From the IMG/VR virus record IMGVR_UViG_2698536477_000006: 35,072 nucleotides of DNA; one strand, 5' to 3'. Shown here in pieces: positions 17,722-27,328 of this stretch (position 1 is its first letter; every line of letters begins with the position of its first letter). Both the position numbers and the translations under genes were made by a program. Origin of the DNA: a virus. Taxonomy: Duplodnaviria > Heunggongvirae > Uroviricota > Caudoviricetes. A model generated the notes under the pieces. That model did not search any database. It was not told the origin of the DNA and worked only from the letters and a program-made list of their open reading frames with translations.

Positions 17722-18002
17722 TACGGTTTCCCCCTGCCCTTAAAGCGGCGCTGAATGGCAATCTCAATCACCTGATAACCGGCGATACCCAGCATGGAGC
17801 CGATGCCGCACACCGCAGGCAGTGACAGGTCAGGAAACTGCACCAGAACAACACCGGCAACCATCGAGACAAAACCACCGAGCAACATGCGCCCGATAAA
17901 CAGACGCGGGGTGATGGGTTCACCACCGGCAAGCACCTTGCCGACAACAATCAGCACCCCAATCATGAAAAGCGACAGGACGCTTTTTTCTTCTGCTGTC
18001 AT
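17721..18002 (-). CDS. Y: Holin Y
   Basis: 93 aa; hydrophobic transmembrane segments and charged C-terminus; P2 gpY length. Confidence 0.9.
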   Translation of the reverse strand: MTAEEKSVLSLFMIGVLIVVGKVLAGGEPITPRLFIGRMLLGGFVSMVAGVVLVQFPDLSLPAVCGIGSMLGIAGYQVIEIAIQRRFKGRGKP

Positions 18003-18005
18003 GCG

Positions 18006-18209
18006 TTACTCCCACAGATTGACAGTTTCAGCCACGGGCGCGGTCTGAACGTCGGGCAGTTCGACGGCGGTGCCATGTGGCAGCACCGCCCCCAGTTCAG
18101 CCAGTCCCGGATTTGTGGCGAGCACAGCCTCGACCACGCCCTCAGTGCGCCCGTAATACCGGACACAAATGGCGTCGAGCGTGTCGCCCTGTAGCGCAAA
18201 GGTCTTCAT
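18006..18209 (-). CDS. X: Tail protein X
   Basis: 67-aa product MKTFALQGDTLDAICVRYYG...; internal start chosen to match P2 gpX; ATGA overlap with L stop. Confidence 0.85.
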   Translation of the reverse strand: MKTFALQGDTLDAICVRYYGRTEGVVEAVLATNPGLAELGAVLPHGTAVELPDVQTAPVAETVNLWE

Positions 18210-18718
18210 CAGATTTGACTCACGATGCAGCGCGGCTTGTCCTGGATACGCGCCACCGCCCAGCGCATATCCCGCCACAGCTCATCAATGGTGCTGTCAA
18301 TGCTGTCGGCCTTCTTGTCGCCTTTCGCACTGGCATCCACGCCGCGATAACGCTCATAAAGCGACGCGGTCGCCATCGCACACACGGCGCGCTCGTAGTA
18401 AAAAACCCTGATGCTTTCACCGTCGATATCGTCCGCCGGGACGTCAGCCAGACGCGTAAAACCGGCGGCAATTTTCTGTTCGCGGTACTCGTACAGCTCC
18501 GCATTCGTCTCCGCCATGCCTGACTTGATGGCCTCACGCAGACGGGCGGGGGCGACGGTCTGCTCAAGGCGCATACGTTCCCGGACGCGCTTCGGGTCGA
18601 TATCGGGAAAAAAGAACGTGTTTTTAATCACCGGCTCGTCGCCTGCCGGTTGCGGGATGACCACCGTACCCTCACCGGACACGGGAGCCTCCTTTCGCGG
18701 AATAATCAGCGTCATCAT
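18209..18718 (-). CDS. L: Capsid completion protein L
   Basis: 169-aa product starting MMTLIIPRKEAP...; internal start chosen; P2 gpL length. Confidence 0.85.
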   Translation of the reverse strand: MMTLIIPRKEAPVSGEGTVVIPQPAGDEPVIKNTFFFPDIDPKRVRERMRLEQTVAPARLREAIKSGMAETNAELYEYREQKIAAGFTRLADVPADDIDGESIRVFYYERAVCAMATASLYERYRGVDASAKGDKKADSIDSTIDELWRDMRWAVARIQDKPRCIVSQI

Positions 18719-18817
18719 GACTACCTCTGAAAAGTCGGGCGGTGGACGCCGGTACAGCGTCAGGTGATTCACCCTCACTGACCGGCGTGCCGCCCTGGCG
18801 CGGGGCGCATTCGGTTG

Positions 18818-19561
18818 TTAACTGGCTTTCTTTTTCGGGCGTCCACGTTTTGCCGGTGTCACGCTCCGGGTCTTACGCGGGGTACGGGTGGCCGCTTTGG
18901 GCTGCGGCTCCGGCTTCGGTTTCAGCTCCCGCTCCAGTCGTTCAATCTCTTTTTTGACGCCTGCCTGACAGTCGAGCTGTGTCGCACGTTGCAGGTGAGC
19001 CAGCGCACCGGCGGCATCACCACCGTCACGCAGAAACAGACCGGTGATTTTGTGCAGCTTTGCGCGCACTTCATCAGGCATGTCTGCCGTGGCAGTCAGT
19101 TCAAGTGTGTCCGTCAGCAGGCGGGGATCCACAGACTCACCGGCAGCGTGAGCGCGCATGGCCGCGAGCGCCACCTCCTCGGTGAACATGTACGGCGGGG
19201 TGCGGCGGTGTTTACCCGGCATGGTCAGACCGTACTTCAGGGCATAACGGGCAATCTCCAGCGCACCGGCAATATCGCCGGTATCCAGACGCCACAGCAT
19301 GACCGTCATCAGAATGTCATCCTGTGCACCTTTGCCCTGCTCCAGCACGCCGTTCACCCACGGCAACCAGAACGGCAGCAGTTCGCGTTTTTTCGCGGCC
19401 TTCAGCTCTTTTGAATAAATCGCTTTCAGTGTGCGCTGGTCTGCGGCCAGCTTGACCAGCATCTGCTCATAGACAGTTGCATGTCGCAGCGGGGCGGCTT
19501 CCCGCTGCGCGGTCATCGCTGCCGAAACCCGCATCATGTGGCGCTGTGCGGGACTCGTCAT
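18818..19561 (-). CDS. M: Terminase small (endonuclease) subunit M
   Basis: 247 aa; basic C-terminal tail; P2 gpM length and position. Confidence 0.9.
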   Translation of the reverse strand: MTSPAQRHMMRVSAAMTAQREAAPLRHATVYEQMLVKLAADQRTLKAIYSKELKAAKKRELLPFWLPWVNGVLEQGKGAQDDILMTVMLWRLDTGDIAGALEIARYALKYGLTMPGKHRRTPPYMFTEEVALAAMRAHAAGESVDPRLLTDTLELTATADMPDEVRAKLHKITGLFLRDGGDAAGALAHLQRATQLDCQAGVKKEIERLERELKPKPEPQPKAATRTPRKTRSVTPAKRGRPKKKAS

Positions 19562-19564
19562 CGG

Positions 19565-20638
19565 TTACGCTCCCGGCTCTGCGGTCGCTTTAGCCGGTGT
19601 GGAGAAATCACCGACCTTAATTTTTTCCACCAGACAACCGGCGGCGTAGTCCTCCACCACGTAATCAATGTTCATTGACTCGTAGTTCTCCACGCGGTCG
19701 AGTTTCGGGTTTTCCTCAATCACGCGGCGATGGCTGTCATCCATGTAGTAGATGGACAGGTTTTCCAGCTTCGTGATGAGCATCGCATCCGCCGGGAAGT
19801 ACGGGACGCGTACCGCTGGCAGGTTGCCGATGCGTTTCTGGCTGATGATGACGTCAGCGGCCAGCATTTCGCTGTTGTCCTGCTCCTTGTTGACGATGGG
19901 AAAATACTTGTCCGCCAGTAGCTGACGTCCCACAATCACCACAAGGTCAGGGTCTTCCTGATACCACGGCTCAATCAGGTTGTTGGTCGCATCCATCACC
20001 AGTGCATCGAGGCTGGCATAATCACCGCCCTTACCCACGCGGATGACCTCAGAGGTGGTGTGCCCTTCCTCGTCAGTGACCTTGCTCATCACGCGCGCCG
20101 GTGCTTCATTGCGGTATTTCTGCAGCCAGCCGACCGCCACATCCTGCAGCATCGGATTGCTGCTGCGGTCAGAGGTTTCGGCACGCTTCACGCCGTTAAA
20201 ACCGGCCATGATGAAATCAAGGGACTGGCGTTTGATAATGGCGTTACGGACACGGAGCTGGAAATCCTGATAACGCGCCCACAGGTCCAGCGTTTTGTAG
20301 CGGATATAAAAATCGAAATTAATCTGGTCGCATTCGTACTTGTTGGACGCCAGCTTCGAGAAGTCCTTCGGCTGACGCTCGGTGCCACCGGCGGTGTCGG
20401 TGGTGCTGGCGATGGAGCCGGTGACACCGATGCCAATTTTTTCCCCTTTCATTTCGCTGACCGGCACAATGTTGATGCGGGTCAGAAAGTCAGAGGACTC
20501 CTGCATGGTGTTCATCAGGGTCTGGGTGACCGACGGTTCAACGGTGAATTTTTTCGACACATCACCGGCGTCGATGCCGTTCAGTTCGGCAACACGGGAC
20601 AGGTAAGCATTAAATTTAAAGCGGGTTTCCTGGCGCAT
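19565..20638 (-). CDS. N: Major capsid protein N
   Basis: 357 aa; P2 gpN length and position. Confidence 0.9.
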   Translation of the reverse strand: MRQETRFKFNAYLSRVAELNGIDAGDVSKKFTVEPSVTQTLMNTMQESSDFLTRINIVPVSEMKGEKIGIGVTGSIASTTDTAGGTERQPKDFSKLASNKYECDQINFDFYIRYKTLDLWARYQDFQLRVRNAIIKRQSLDFIMAGFNGVKRAETSDRSSNPMLQDVAVGWLQKYRNEAPARVMSKVTDEEGHTTSEVIRVGKGGDYASLDALVMDATNNLIEPWYQEDPDLVVIVGRQLLADKYFPIVNKEQDNSEMLAADVIISQKRIGNLPAVRVPYFPADAMLITKLENLSIYYMDDSHRRVIEENPKLDRVENYESMNIDYVVEDYAAGCLVEKIKVGDFSTPAKATAEPGA

Positions 20639-20696
20639 AGTTATTCCTGAAATTAAGGGTTAATCGTGAAGGTTTTCCCGGACTGACTGACGCCGG

Positions 20697-21551
20697 TCAG
20701 CAGTTCGTCATCAGGGCGTCACCGCCACCACCGGTGGCCTTGCTGCGGCGCTGCTGGGTCAGACTTTCGGTGTGGTCGAGACTGTTTTTCAGGCGGGTGA
20801 ATGCCTGGCTGGTTTCATCCGCCCTGTCAGTCACCTCCTGCTTAAGTGCGGAAAAGGCGGTTTCCATCTCAGCGAGGCGCTGCTCAGTGGCGCTCAGTTT
20901 TTCCTGCACATGTTCAGCAACAGCGGTCACCGCTTCATGCACGTCATTCAGACGGGCGTCATCGCTGGCCTGTTTGCGGCCAAAAATGGATTTCACCTTT
21001 TCGGTCAGGGCGGTGAACACGGTTTCAGGCAGGTCTTCAAATTCCAGCTCAACAGGCGTTGCCACTGAAATCAGGTTTTCAGGGCTTAATTTGAAGCGGT
21101 TCAGGGGGTTGTGTTTTGCCGTGCGGCAGAATTCCAGGTATTCCGTGCCGAGGCTTGCCGGGTCATCGGTGACGGCCAGCCCCACCAGATAACATTTGCC
21201 GGTGTTGGCAAAGTTCGGCTGAATTTCCATTGAGGTATAGACCTTCTGCGCGGCCTTGTTCATCGCGATAAGGTCATCGGTCGGGGTGATTTTCGCAAAC
21301 AGCGCCCATTTGCCTTTCAGCGCCGAATCATCGTCAATCTTTTCGGCCTTCAGTTCGGCCACATCGCCATAACGCTTAAAAATACCGTCAGGCAGGATGC
21401 CGCGCAGATGTTCCAGGTTAATGCGGCAACCATAGACACGCGGGTCAAAGGTTTCGGCCATTTCCTGAATATCCTGCGCACTGATGACACGCCCGTCACA
21501 GGTGTCACCCTCAACGCCGATACGAAAGAATTTTGAGACTTTTTTTGCCAT
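20697..21551 (-). CDS. O: Capsid scaffolding protein O
   Basis: 284-aa product starting MAKKVSKFFRIGVEGDTCDGR...; internal start chosen to match P2 gpO. Confidence 0.85.
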   Translation of the reverse strand: MAKKVSKFFRIGVEGDTCDGRVISAQDIQEMAETFDPRVYGCRINLEHLRGILPDGIFKRYGDVAELKAEKIDDDSALKGKWALFAKITPTDDLIAMNKAAQKVYTSMEIQPNFANTGKCYLVGLAVTDDPASLGTEYLEFCRTAKHNPLNRFKLSPENLISVATPVELEFEDLPETVFTALTEKVKSIFGRKQASDDARLNDVHEAVTAVAEHVQEKLSATEQRLAEMETAFSALKQEVTDRADETSQAFTRLKNSLDHTESLTQQRRSKATGGGGDALMTNC

Positions 21552-21724
21552 TGTCAGGAGTCCTGAATAGTGATTAGAGGAGTCACATGTCGGCATCAGT
21601 TTCCCGACGATGCGCATCCTCCGCCATCAGTCCCGGATGGCTTATCACTGACACAACAGCACCTTAGCGAATCGCGGGGCGCGACTCAGTAGCCTTGCCG
21701 TGTATTCATCACGGCGAGGTATTC

Positions 21725-23497
21725 ATGACCATCACCACAGACACCACTCTTTTACACGACCCGCGTCGTCAGGCGGCGCTGCTGTACTGGCAGGGATTTT
21801 CCGTGCCGCAGATTGCTGCCATGTTGCAGATGAAACGCCCGACGGTGCAGAGCTGGAAACAGCGCGACGGCTGGGACAGCGTTGCCCCCATCAGCCGTGT
21901 CGAAATGAGTCTGGAAGCGCGGCTGACCCAGCTCATCATCAAACCGCAGAAAACCGGCGGTGACTTCAAGGAAATTGACCTGCTCGGACGCCAGATTGAA
22001 CGACTGGCACGGGTAAACCGCTACAGCCAGACCGGCAACGAGGCAGACCTTAATCCGAACGTCGCTAACCGCAACAAAGGCGGGCGGCGCAAACCGAAAA
22101 AGAATTTTTTCAGTGACGAGGCCATCGAAAAGCTGGAGCAGATTTTCTTTGAGCAGTCTTTCGAATATCAGTTGCACTGGTATCGCGCCGGGCTTGAGCA
22201 CCGCATCCGCGATATCCTGAAATCCCGCCAGATTGGCGCAACGTTTTATTTTTCCCGCGAGGCGCTGCTGCGCGCCCTGAAAACCGGCCATAACCAGATT
22301 TTTCTGTCGGCCAGTAAAACGCAGGCGTATGTGTTCCGCGAATACATCATCGCCTTTGCCCGTCTGGTTGACGTTGACCTGACCGGTGACCCGATTGTCC
22401 TGGGCAATAACGGCGCAAAACTGATTTTTCTCGGCACCAACTCCAACACCGCGCAGAGCCATAACGGCGACCTGTACGTCGACGAGATTTTCTGGATCCC
22501 GAATTTTCAGGTACTGCGTAAGGTGGCATCAGGTATGGCCTCACAGAGCCACCTGCGCTCGACCTATTTCTCCACCCCGTCCACGCTGGCGCACGACGCC
22601 TACCCGTTCTGGTCGGGTGAACTGTTTAACCGGGGACGCGCCAGCGCCGCCGAACGCGTGGAAATCGACGTCAGTCATAACGCCCTTGCCGGAGGTCTTC
22701 TCTGTGCGGACGGCCAGTGGCGGCAGATTGTCACCATTGAGGACGCCCTGAAAGGCGGCTGCACGCTGTTCGACATTGAGCAGCTCAAACGTGAAAACAG
22801 CGCCGACGATTTTAAAAACCTGTTCATGTGTGAATTTGTTGACGACAAGGCGTCGGTGTTCCCGTTCGAGGAGCTGCAACGCTGCATGGTCGACACGCTG
22901 GAAGAATGGGAAGACTATGCGCCGTTTGCCGCCAATCCGTTCGGCTCCCGCCCGGTCTGGATTGGTTACGACCCGTCACACCGTGGCGACAGTGCCGGAT
23001 GCGTGGTGCTGGCACCGCCGGTGGTGGCCGGTGGCAAATTCAGAATACTTGAGCGTCACCAGTGGAAAGGCATGGACTTTGCCACACAGGCGGAATCCAT
23101 CCGCAAACTCACCGAAAAATACAACGTCGAATACATCGGAATTGATGCCACCGGCCTCGGTGTCGGCGTGTTCCAGCTCGTGCGCTCGTTCTATCCCGCC
23201 GCGCGCGATATCCGCTACACGCCGGAAATGAAAACCGCAATGGTGCTCAAGGCAAAAGACGTCATCCGCCGTGGCTGTCTGGAATATGACGTCAGCGCCA
23301 CCGACATCACCAGCTCGTTTATGGCTATCCGCAAGACCATGACCAGCAGCGGACGCAGCGCCACTTATGAGGCCAGCCGCAGCGAGGAAGCCAGCCACGC
23401 CGACCTCGCCTGGGCGACCATGCACGCCCTGTTAAATGAGCCACTCACCGCCGGTATCAGCACACCGCTGACATCCACCATTCTGGAGTTTTACTGA
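21725..23497 (+). CDS. P: Terminase large (ATPase) subunit P
   Basis: 590-aa product from ATG at 21725 (MTITTDTTLL...); divergent from O across the P_O/P_P intergenic region. Confidence 0.9.
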   Translation: MTITTDTTLLHDPRRQAALLYWQGFSVPQIAAMLQMKRPTVQSWKQRDGWDSVAPISRVEMSLEARLTQLIIKPQKTGGDFKEIDLLGRQIERLARVNRYSQTGNEADLNPNVANRNKGGRRKPKKNFFSDEAIEKLEQIFFEQSFEYQLHWYRAGLEHRIRDILKSRQIGATFYFSREALLRALKTGHNQIFLSASKTQAYVFREYIIAFARLVDVDLTGDPIVLGNNGAKLIFLGTNSNTAQSHNGDLYVDEIFWIPNFQVLRKVASGMASQSHLRSTYFSTPSTLAHDAYPFWSGELFNRGRASAAERVEIDVSHNALAGGLLCADGQWRQIVTIEDALKGGCTLFDIEQLKRENSADDFKNLFMCEFVDDKASVFPFEELQRCMVDTLEEWEDYAPFAANPFGSRPVWIGYDPSHRGDSAGCVVLAPPVVAGGKFRILERHQWKGMDFATQAESIRKLTEKYNVEYIGIDATGLGVGVFQLVRSFYPAARDIRYTPEMKTAMVLKAKDVIRRGCLEYDVSATDITSSFMAIRKTMTSSGRSATYEASRSEEASHADLAWATMHALLNEPLTAGISTPLTSTILEFY

Positions 23498-24531
23498 TGA
23501 GCAAGAAAAAAGGGAAAACACTGCAACCTGCGGCAAAAAAAATGACCGCCAGTGCCCCGAAAATGGAGGCATTCACCTTTGGCGAACCGGTGCCGGTACT
23601 CGACCGCCGTGACATTCTGGATTACGTCGAGTGCATCAGTAACGGCAGATGGTATGAGCCACCAATCAGCTTTACCGGTCTGGCAAAAAGCCTGCGTGCT
23701 GCCGTGCATCACAGCTCCCCGATTTACGTCAAACGCAATATTCTGGCCTCGACATTTATCCCGCATCCGTGGCTGTCCCAGCAGGATTTCAGCCGCTTTG
23801 TGCTGGATTTTCTGGTGTTCGGTAATGCGTTTCTGGAAAAGCGTTACAGCACTACCGGTAAAGTCATCAGACTGGAAACCTCACCGGCAAAATATACCCG
23901 CCGTGGTGTGGAAGAGGATGTTTACTGGTGGGTGCCGTCCTTCAACGAGCCGACAGCCTTCGCGCCCGGTTCCGTGTTTCACCTGCTGGAGCCGGATATT
24001 AATCAGGAGCTGTACGGCCTGCCGGAATATCTCAGCGCCCTTAACTCTGCCTGGCTGAATGAGTCGGCCACGCTGTTCCGCCGCAAGTATTACGAAAACG
24101 GCGCACATGCCGGATACATCATGTACGTTACCGATGCCGTGCAGGATCGCAACGATATCGAAATGCTTCGCGAAAACATGGTGAAGTCGAAAGGCCGCAA
24201 CAACTTTAAAAACCTGTTTCTCTATGCCCCACAGGGAAAAGCCGACGGCATTAAAATTATCCCGCTCAGTGAAGTGGCAACGAAGGACGATTTTTTTAAT
24301 ATCAAAAAAGCCAGCGCCGCAGACCTGCTGGACGCGCACCGCATCCCCTTTCAGTTGATGGGCGGCAAGCCGGAGAACGTCGGGTCGCTGGGTGATATTG
24401 AGAAAGTGGCAAAGGTCTTTGTCCGCAATGAGCTTATCCCGTTACAGGACAGGATCCGCGAGATAAACGGCTGGCTCGGTCAGGAGGTCATCCGCTTTAA
24501 AAACTACTCACTGGACACTGACAACGGCTGA
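23497..24531 (+). CDS. Q: Portal protein Q
   Basis: 344 aa; P2 gpQ length; last gene before cos. Confidence 0.9.
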   Translation: MSKKKGKTLQPAAKKMTASAPKMEAFTFGEPVPVLDRRDILDYVECISNGRWYEPPISFTGLAKSLRAAVHHSSPIYVKRNILASTFIPHPWLSQQDFSRFVLDFLVFGNAFLEKRYSTTGKVIRLETSPAKYTRRGVEEDVYWWVPSFNEPTAFAPGSVFHLLEPDINQELYGLPEYLSALNSAWLNESATLFRRKYYENGAHAGYIMYVTDAVQDRNDIEMLRENMVKSKGRNNFKNLFLYAPQGKADGIKIIPLSEVATKDDFFNIKKASAADLLDAHRIPFQLMGGKPENVGSLGDIEKVAKVFVRNELIPLQDRIREINGWLGQEVIRFKNYSLDTDNG

Positions 24532-24536
24532 ACATC

Positions 24537-24558
24537 GCCGCCTGCGGGCGGCTTTTTT
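24537..24558 (+). terminator. Intrinsic terminator after Q (GCCGCC-TGCG-GGCGGC then TTTTTT)
   Basis: 6-bp GC stem, 4-nt loop, 6-T run immediately after the Q stop. Confidence 0.7.
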
Positions 24559-24700
24559 ACACCCCGTCATCACACCCTCACACGCTCACCACCGCACAAA
24601 ACACCCCGCAGACACACCAACGCCCCGGCGCACAATCCAAACGCCGTCACGACGCGCTCAGACGCTGAAAAAATAAAATCAGCACCACCGCCAGCGCGCA

Positions 24701-24719
24701 GTGCTTTCCCCGCCTCGCC
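24701..24719. other. cos: cos cohesive-end sequence (19 nt; reverse complement of GGCGAGGCGGGGAAAGCAC)
   Basis: GTGCTTTCCCCGCCTCGCC read directly; matches the P2 19-nt cohesive end; located between Q and the early region as in P2. Confidence 0.8.
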
Positions 24720-24848
24720 CGCCCGCTTCATGTGGCGATTTTAATGCGGTTGCATTTTTATCGAAAGTCTCGTCTCACAAATCCCTCCCTTCACTAAATA
24801 GACTCATTATCCACATGCAATCTAATTCAAAAAAATGCATGTATAGTA

Positions 24849-26819
24849 TTAAAGGTCATCAATTAAACCTAAAGGCAAACCGTCCTCACCAACCGAGCTA
24901 TAATGAGCGATAATATTCGAAAGTTCACCAGTAGAAAACGAATTAGGCAAATCATTATCAACTAATATAATCTGGCACGGAACATTTTTTCTTTCTGCTT
25001 TTTGAACTGTATTCAATAGTTGTTCATAAATATTTTGATACTTCATCGGATCTGACATTCCCTCAAGGTCATCCTCGAATGCAAGAGTTTCTTTTGAATA
25101 TTTTTCCTTGGTCTGTTTCCCTAAATATTTGCCAACCGTATCAAATATCAAAAGTAAAGGATGGTTAACATTATGATCTATTGCATAATCAAGAATAGAC
25201 AAAAGATACCCAATAGAAGAAATAGTTCTCAAACCTCCGGATGTTATTTTAAAATATTCTTTTTCTCTTATAACAGGAATGTAATAGCTTTCAGAGATTT
25301 TTATCCCCGTTCTGTTTTTGATATTAATACCCTTCAAATACTGACTAAATCTATCACCCAAACCTTGTAAAATGCCCTCCATGCTAGGTGCGTTTTTCTT
25401 TAACGCCTCCAAGCGTTCAGTTAATGCTTCAATATCTTTTCTCAGTACCTGATACTTTTCAAGCAGTTCCTCTTGCTGGTTTCTAACCTTCAAATCTTTT
25501 ACTAACTGCTCCCTAACCTTCTCATTTTTTGAGATCTCTTTAATATAAAAATCTCTCTGAGTCAAGAATGGTGTAATCATTGACTGGCTTTCTTCGTCAA
25601 TCAATTCTCTCAACTCGTCAAGTCGTTCATCTAATTCCTTTTTATAACCTGATTCTTTTTTTAATTTAAATGACATTTCTGAGATCATGTCATTAATATT
25701 TCGTCTACGTCGACTAAGTGAATTCAACTCTTCATTAAGATCTTTTTCTGATGAGATTTCAAATGGAAAATCAGAATCATCTATTTTAATGTGGCTATCA
25801 CAGACTGGACAGGAAAATACTTCCTTATCCAATACACCAATGCGAGAATTTGCTGTTTTAATCGCTTTGAGTTTTTCAATATCATTATCATAGTCATTTT
25901 TTAACCGCGAATATTTATCAATCTTATCCTCAAGCGCAGTAATATTTAATATGCACTCTTTGTATTTAAGCGAAATAAAATTGTGAGCATCTTTCAATTC
26001 TGTATACTGTATGGAATCCGCTTTCATATTTTTATCGAGAGCAGACAAACCTGCAACAAGTTCTTCTAAAACAAGATCTATCCTATTAATCTCATCATCA
26101 ATTGATTCAATCGTTTCATAGTCTGTATCGCGAAGAAATTCAGATATTATCTGATACTTCCTATTTAATTCCGTTACTAAACTACTTTTTGCAGATATTT
26201 CACCTTGGAGTCTGGCGATGCTTTCATCCAACACATTGAACATGTATTTAAAAACTTCTTTCGTAAATGCGTAGCGGGACCAATCACCCAATCGCAAGAA
26301 AGATTTACTACCAATATCATCCTGACTTACATAAACAAATTTATATATATTTCTAAAACTTAACCTGCGCATCTGTGAATGAGCTTTAGAAGGAGACACC
26401 TTAATTTCAATCTTTGGAAAATTAAGACTATCAAGTAAAAACTCCGAAAAAACACCATCAACATTTGATAATGGGCTATAATTAGGAGCGTATTTTTTCG
26501 GAAAATGTTTATGTAAATCATCAAACTTACAACGATAAACTTCTATTGCTTTTTTATGATCATAGATATCTCTTACGATTGTGAATACAGTATCATTGAT
26601 CACTACTTCAAGAGCAGCATAGTTTACTGATGTTTTTATTTCATCTGCTAAATCTATAGAGCTAGCACCTAAAAGATAATTAATAAACTCCAGAATGCTT
26701 GACTTACCTGTGTCAGAGTCTCCGTAGATAACATTGAGACCTTTATAAAAAGTAGTGACGTAGTTTTTACGAACGCCAACAAGAATCAAACTATTGATAT
26801 TGAGATATGATTTCATCAT
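24849..26819 (-). CDS. SMC/Rad50-like ABC ATPase (Lamassu LmuB-like / ABC-3C ATPase component): N-terminal Walker A, long central coiled-coil with CxxC hook, C-terminal signature-like and Walker-B-like motifs
   Basis: 656 aa; Walker A GDSDTGKS at aa 33-40; central region rich in E/K/L heptad-like sequence; CPVC at aa 337-340 (nt 25800-25811); ITSGG at aa 525-529; hydrophobic strand LLLIFD at aa 555-560; start overlaps stop of the upstream gene. Confidence 0.75.
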   Translation of the reverse strand: MMKSYLNINSLILVGVRKNYVTTFYKGLNVIYGDSDTGKSSILEFINYLLGASSIDLADEIKTSVNYAALEVVINDTVFTIVRDIYDHKKAIEVYRCKFDDLHKHFPKKYAPNYSPLSNVDGVFSEFLLDSLNFPKIEIKVSPSKAHSQMRRLSFRNIYKFVYVSQDDIGSKSFLRLGDWSRYAFTKEVFKYMFNVLDESIARLQGEISAKSSLVTELNRKYQIISEFLRDTDYETIESIDDEINRIDLVLEELVAGLSALDKNMKADSIQYTELKDAHNFISLKYKECILNITALEDKIDKYSRLKNDYDNDIEKLKAIKTANSRIGVLDKEVFSCPVCDSHIKIDDSDFPFEISSEKDLNEELNSLSRRRRNINDMISEMSFKLKKESGYKKELDERLDELRELIDEESQSMITPFLTQRDFYIKEISKNEKVREQLVKDLKVRNQQEELLEKYQVLRKDIEALTERLEALKKNAPSMEGILQGLGDRFSQYLKGINIKNRTGIKISESYYIPVIREKEYFKITSGGLRTISSIGYLLSILDYAIDHNVNHPLLLIFDTVGKYLGKQTKEKYSKETLAFEDDLEGMSDPMKYQNIYEQLLNTVQKAERKNVPCQIILVDNDLPNSFSTGELSNIIAHYSSVGEDGLPLGLIDDL

Positions 26820-27328
26820 TTCTCCTTGAAGACTTGATTTATAACAGAGTTTAACTTAGAGGTAGGCAATGCTTGTAGCGGTAACAATGCTTCGGATAGT
26901 CGTTTTATTTCTTTAAAATATCCATCAGTCAATGAGCTAGCAAATTCCTTACCTTTTTCAGATAAAAATAATTTAACACTCTCATTATTTTTTTTCTCAG
27001 CTGAGAGCAATCCCCGCAATGACATAATTTTTATAAGATATTTCACTTTGGAATTGTCGAATAAGATATCTACATTTGTTGAAAAACTCTTTATTGTATA
27101 AGTTAACTGGGACTCGACACAAGCAGGCTTTTTCCCCGAAACTGTAAGAGCATAATCAATTTTTGATGGGTTTTTTATCAGATACATAAAAATTTGTATT
27201 TTATTAATATCTAATGATAACACTCCTTTTTTGCTATGAGATAATATAGATATAGCAATGGCAAGCATAGCAAAATTCAAGCTATACTCTTCATCAAGAG
27301 GAATATACGGCAAGTTATTTTTCTTCAT
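26816..27328 (-). CDS. Small middle component (LmuC-like / ABC-3C MC) of the cassette
   Basis: 170-aa ORF wedged between effector and ATPase with overlapping start and stop codons on both sides; AT-rich like its neighbours. Confidence 0.6.
   Translation of the reverse strand: MKKNNLPYIPLDEEYSLNFAMLAIAISILSHSKKGVLSLDINKIQIFMYLIKNPSKIDYALTVSGKKPACVESQLTYTIKSFSTNVDILFDNSKVKYLIKIMSLRGLLSAEKKNNESVKLFLSEKGKEFASSLTDGYFKEIKRLSEALLPLQALPTSKLNSVINQVFKEK

Noticed and set aside
21554-21566. Palindrome TCAGGAGTCCTGA in the O-P intergenic region as a possible late-promoter activator site
   Set aside because: It lies immediately upstream of the O start codon and overlaps the ribosome-binding region (AGGA), which is too close to the start to be a -55 activator dyad.
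21752-22462. 236-aa minus-strand ORF
   Set aside because: Fully antisense within the terminase large subunit gene P.
24811-24848. Possible terminator after the ABC ATPase gene (ATGCAT palindrome followed by a T-run on the minus strand)
   Set aside because: The stem is only 6 bp and AT-rich; too weak to call an intrinsic terminator with confidence.
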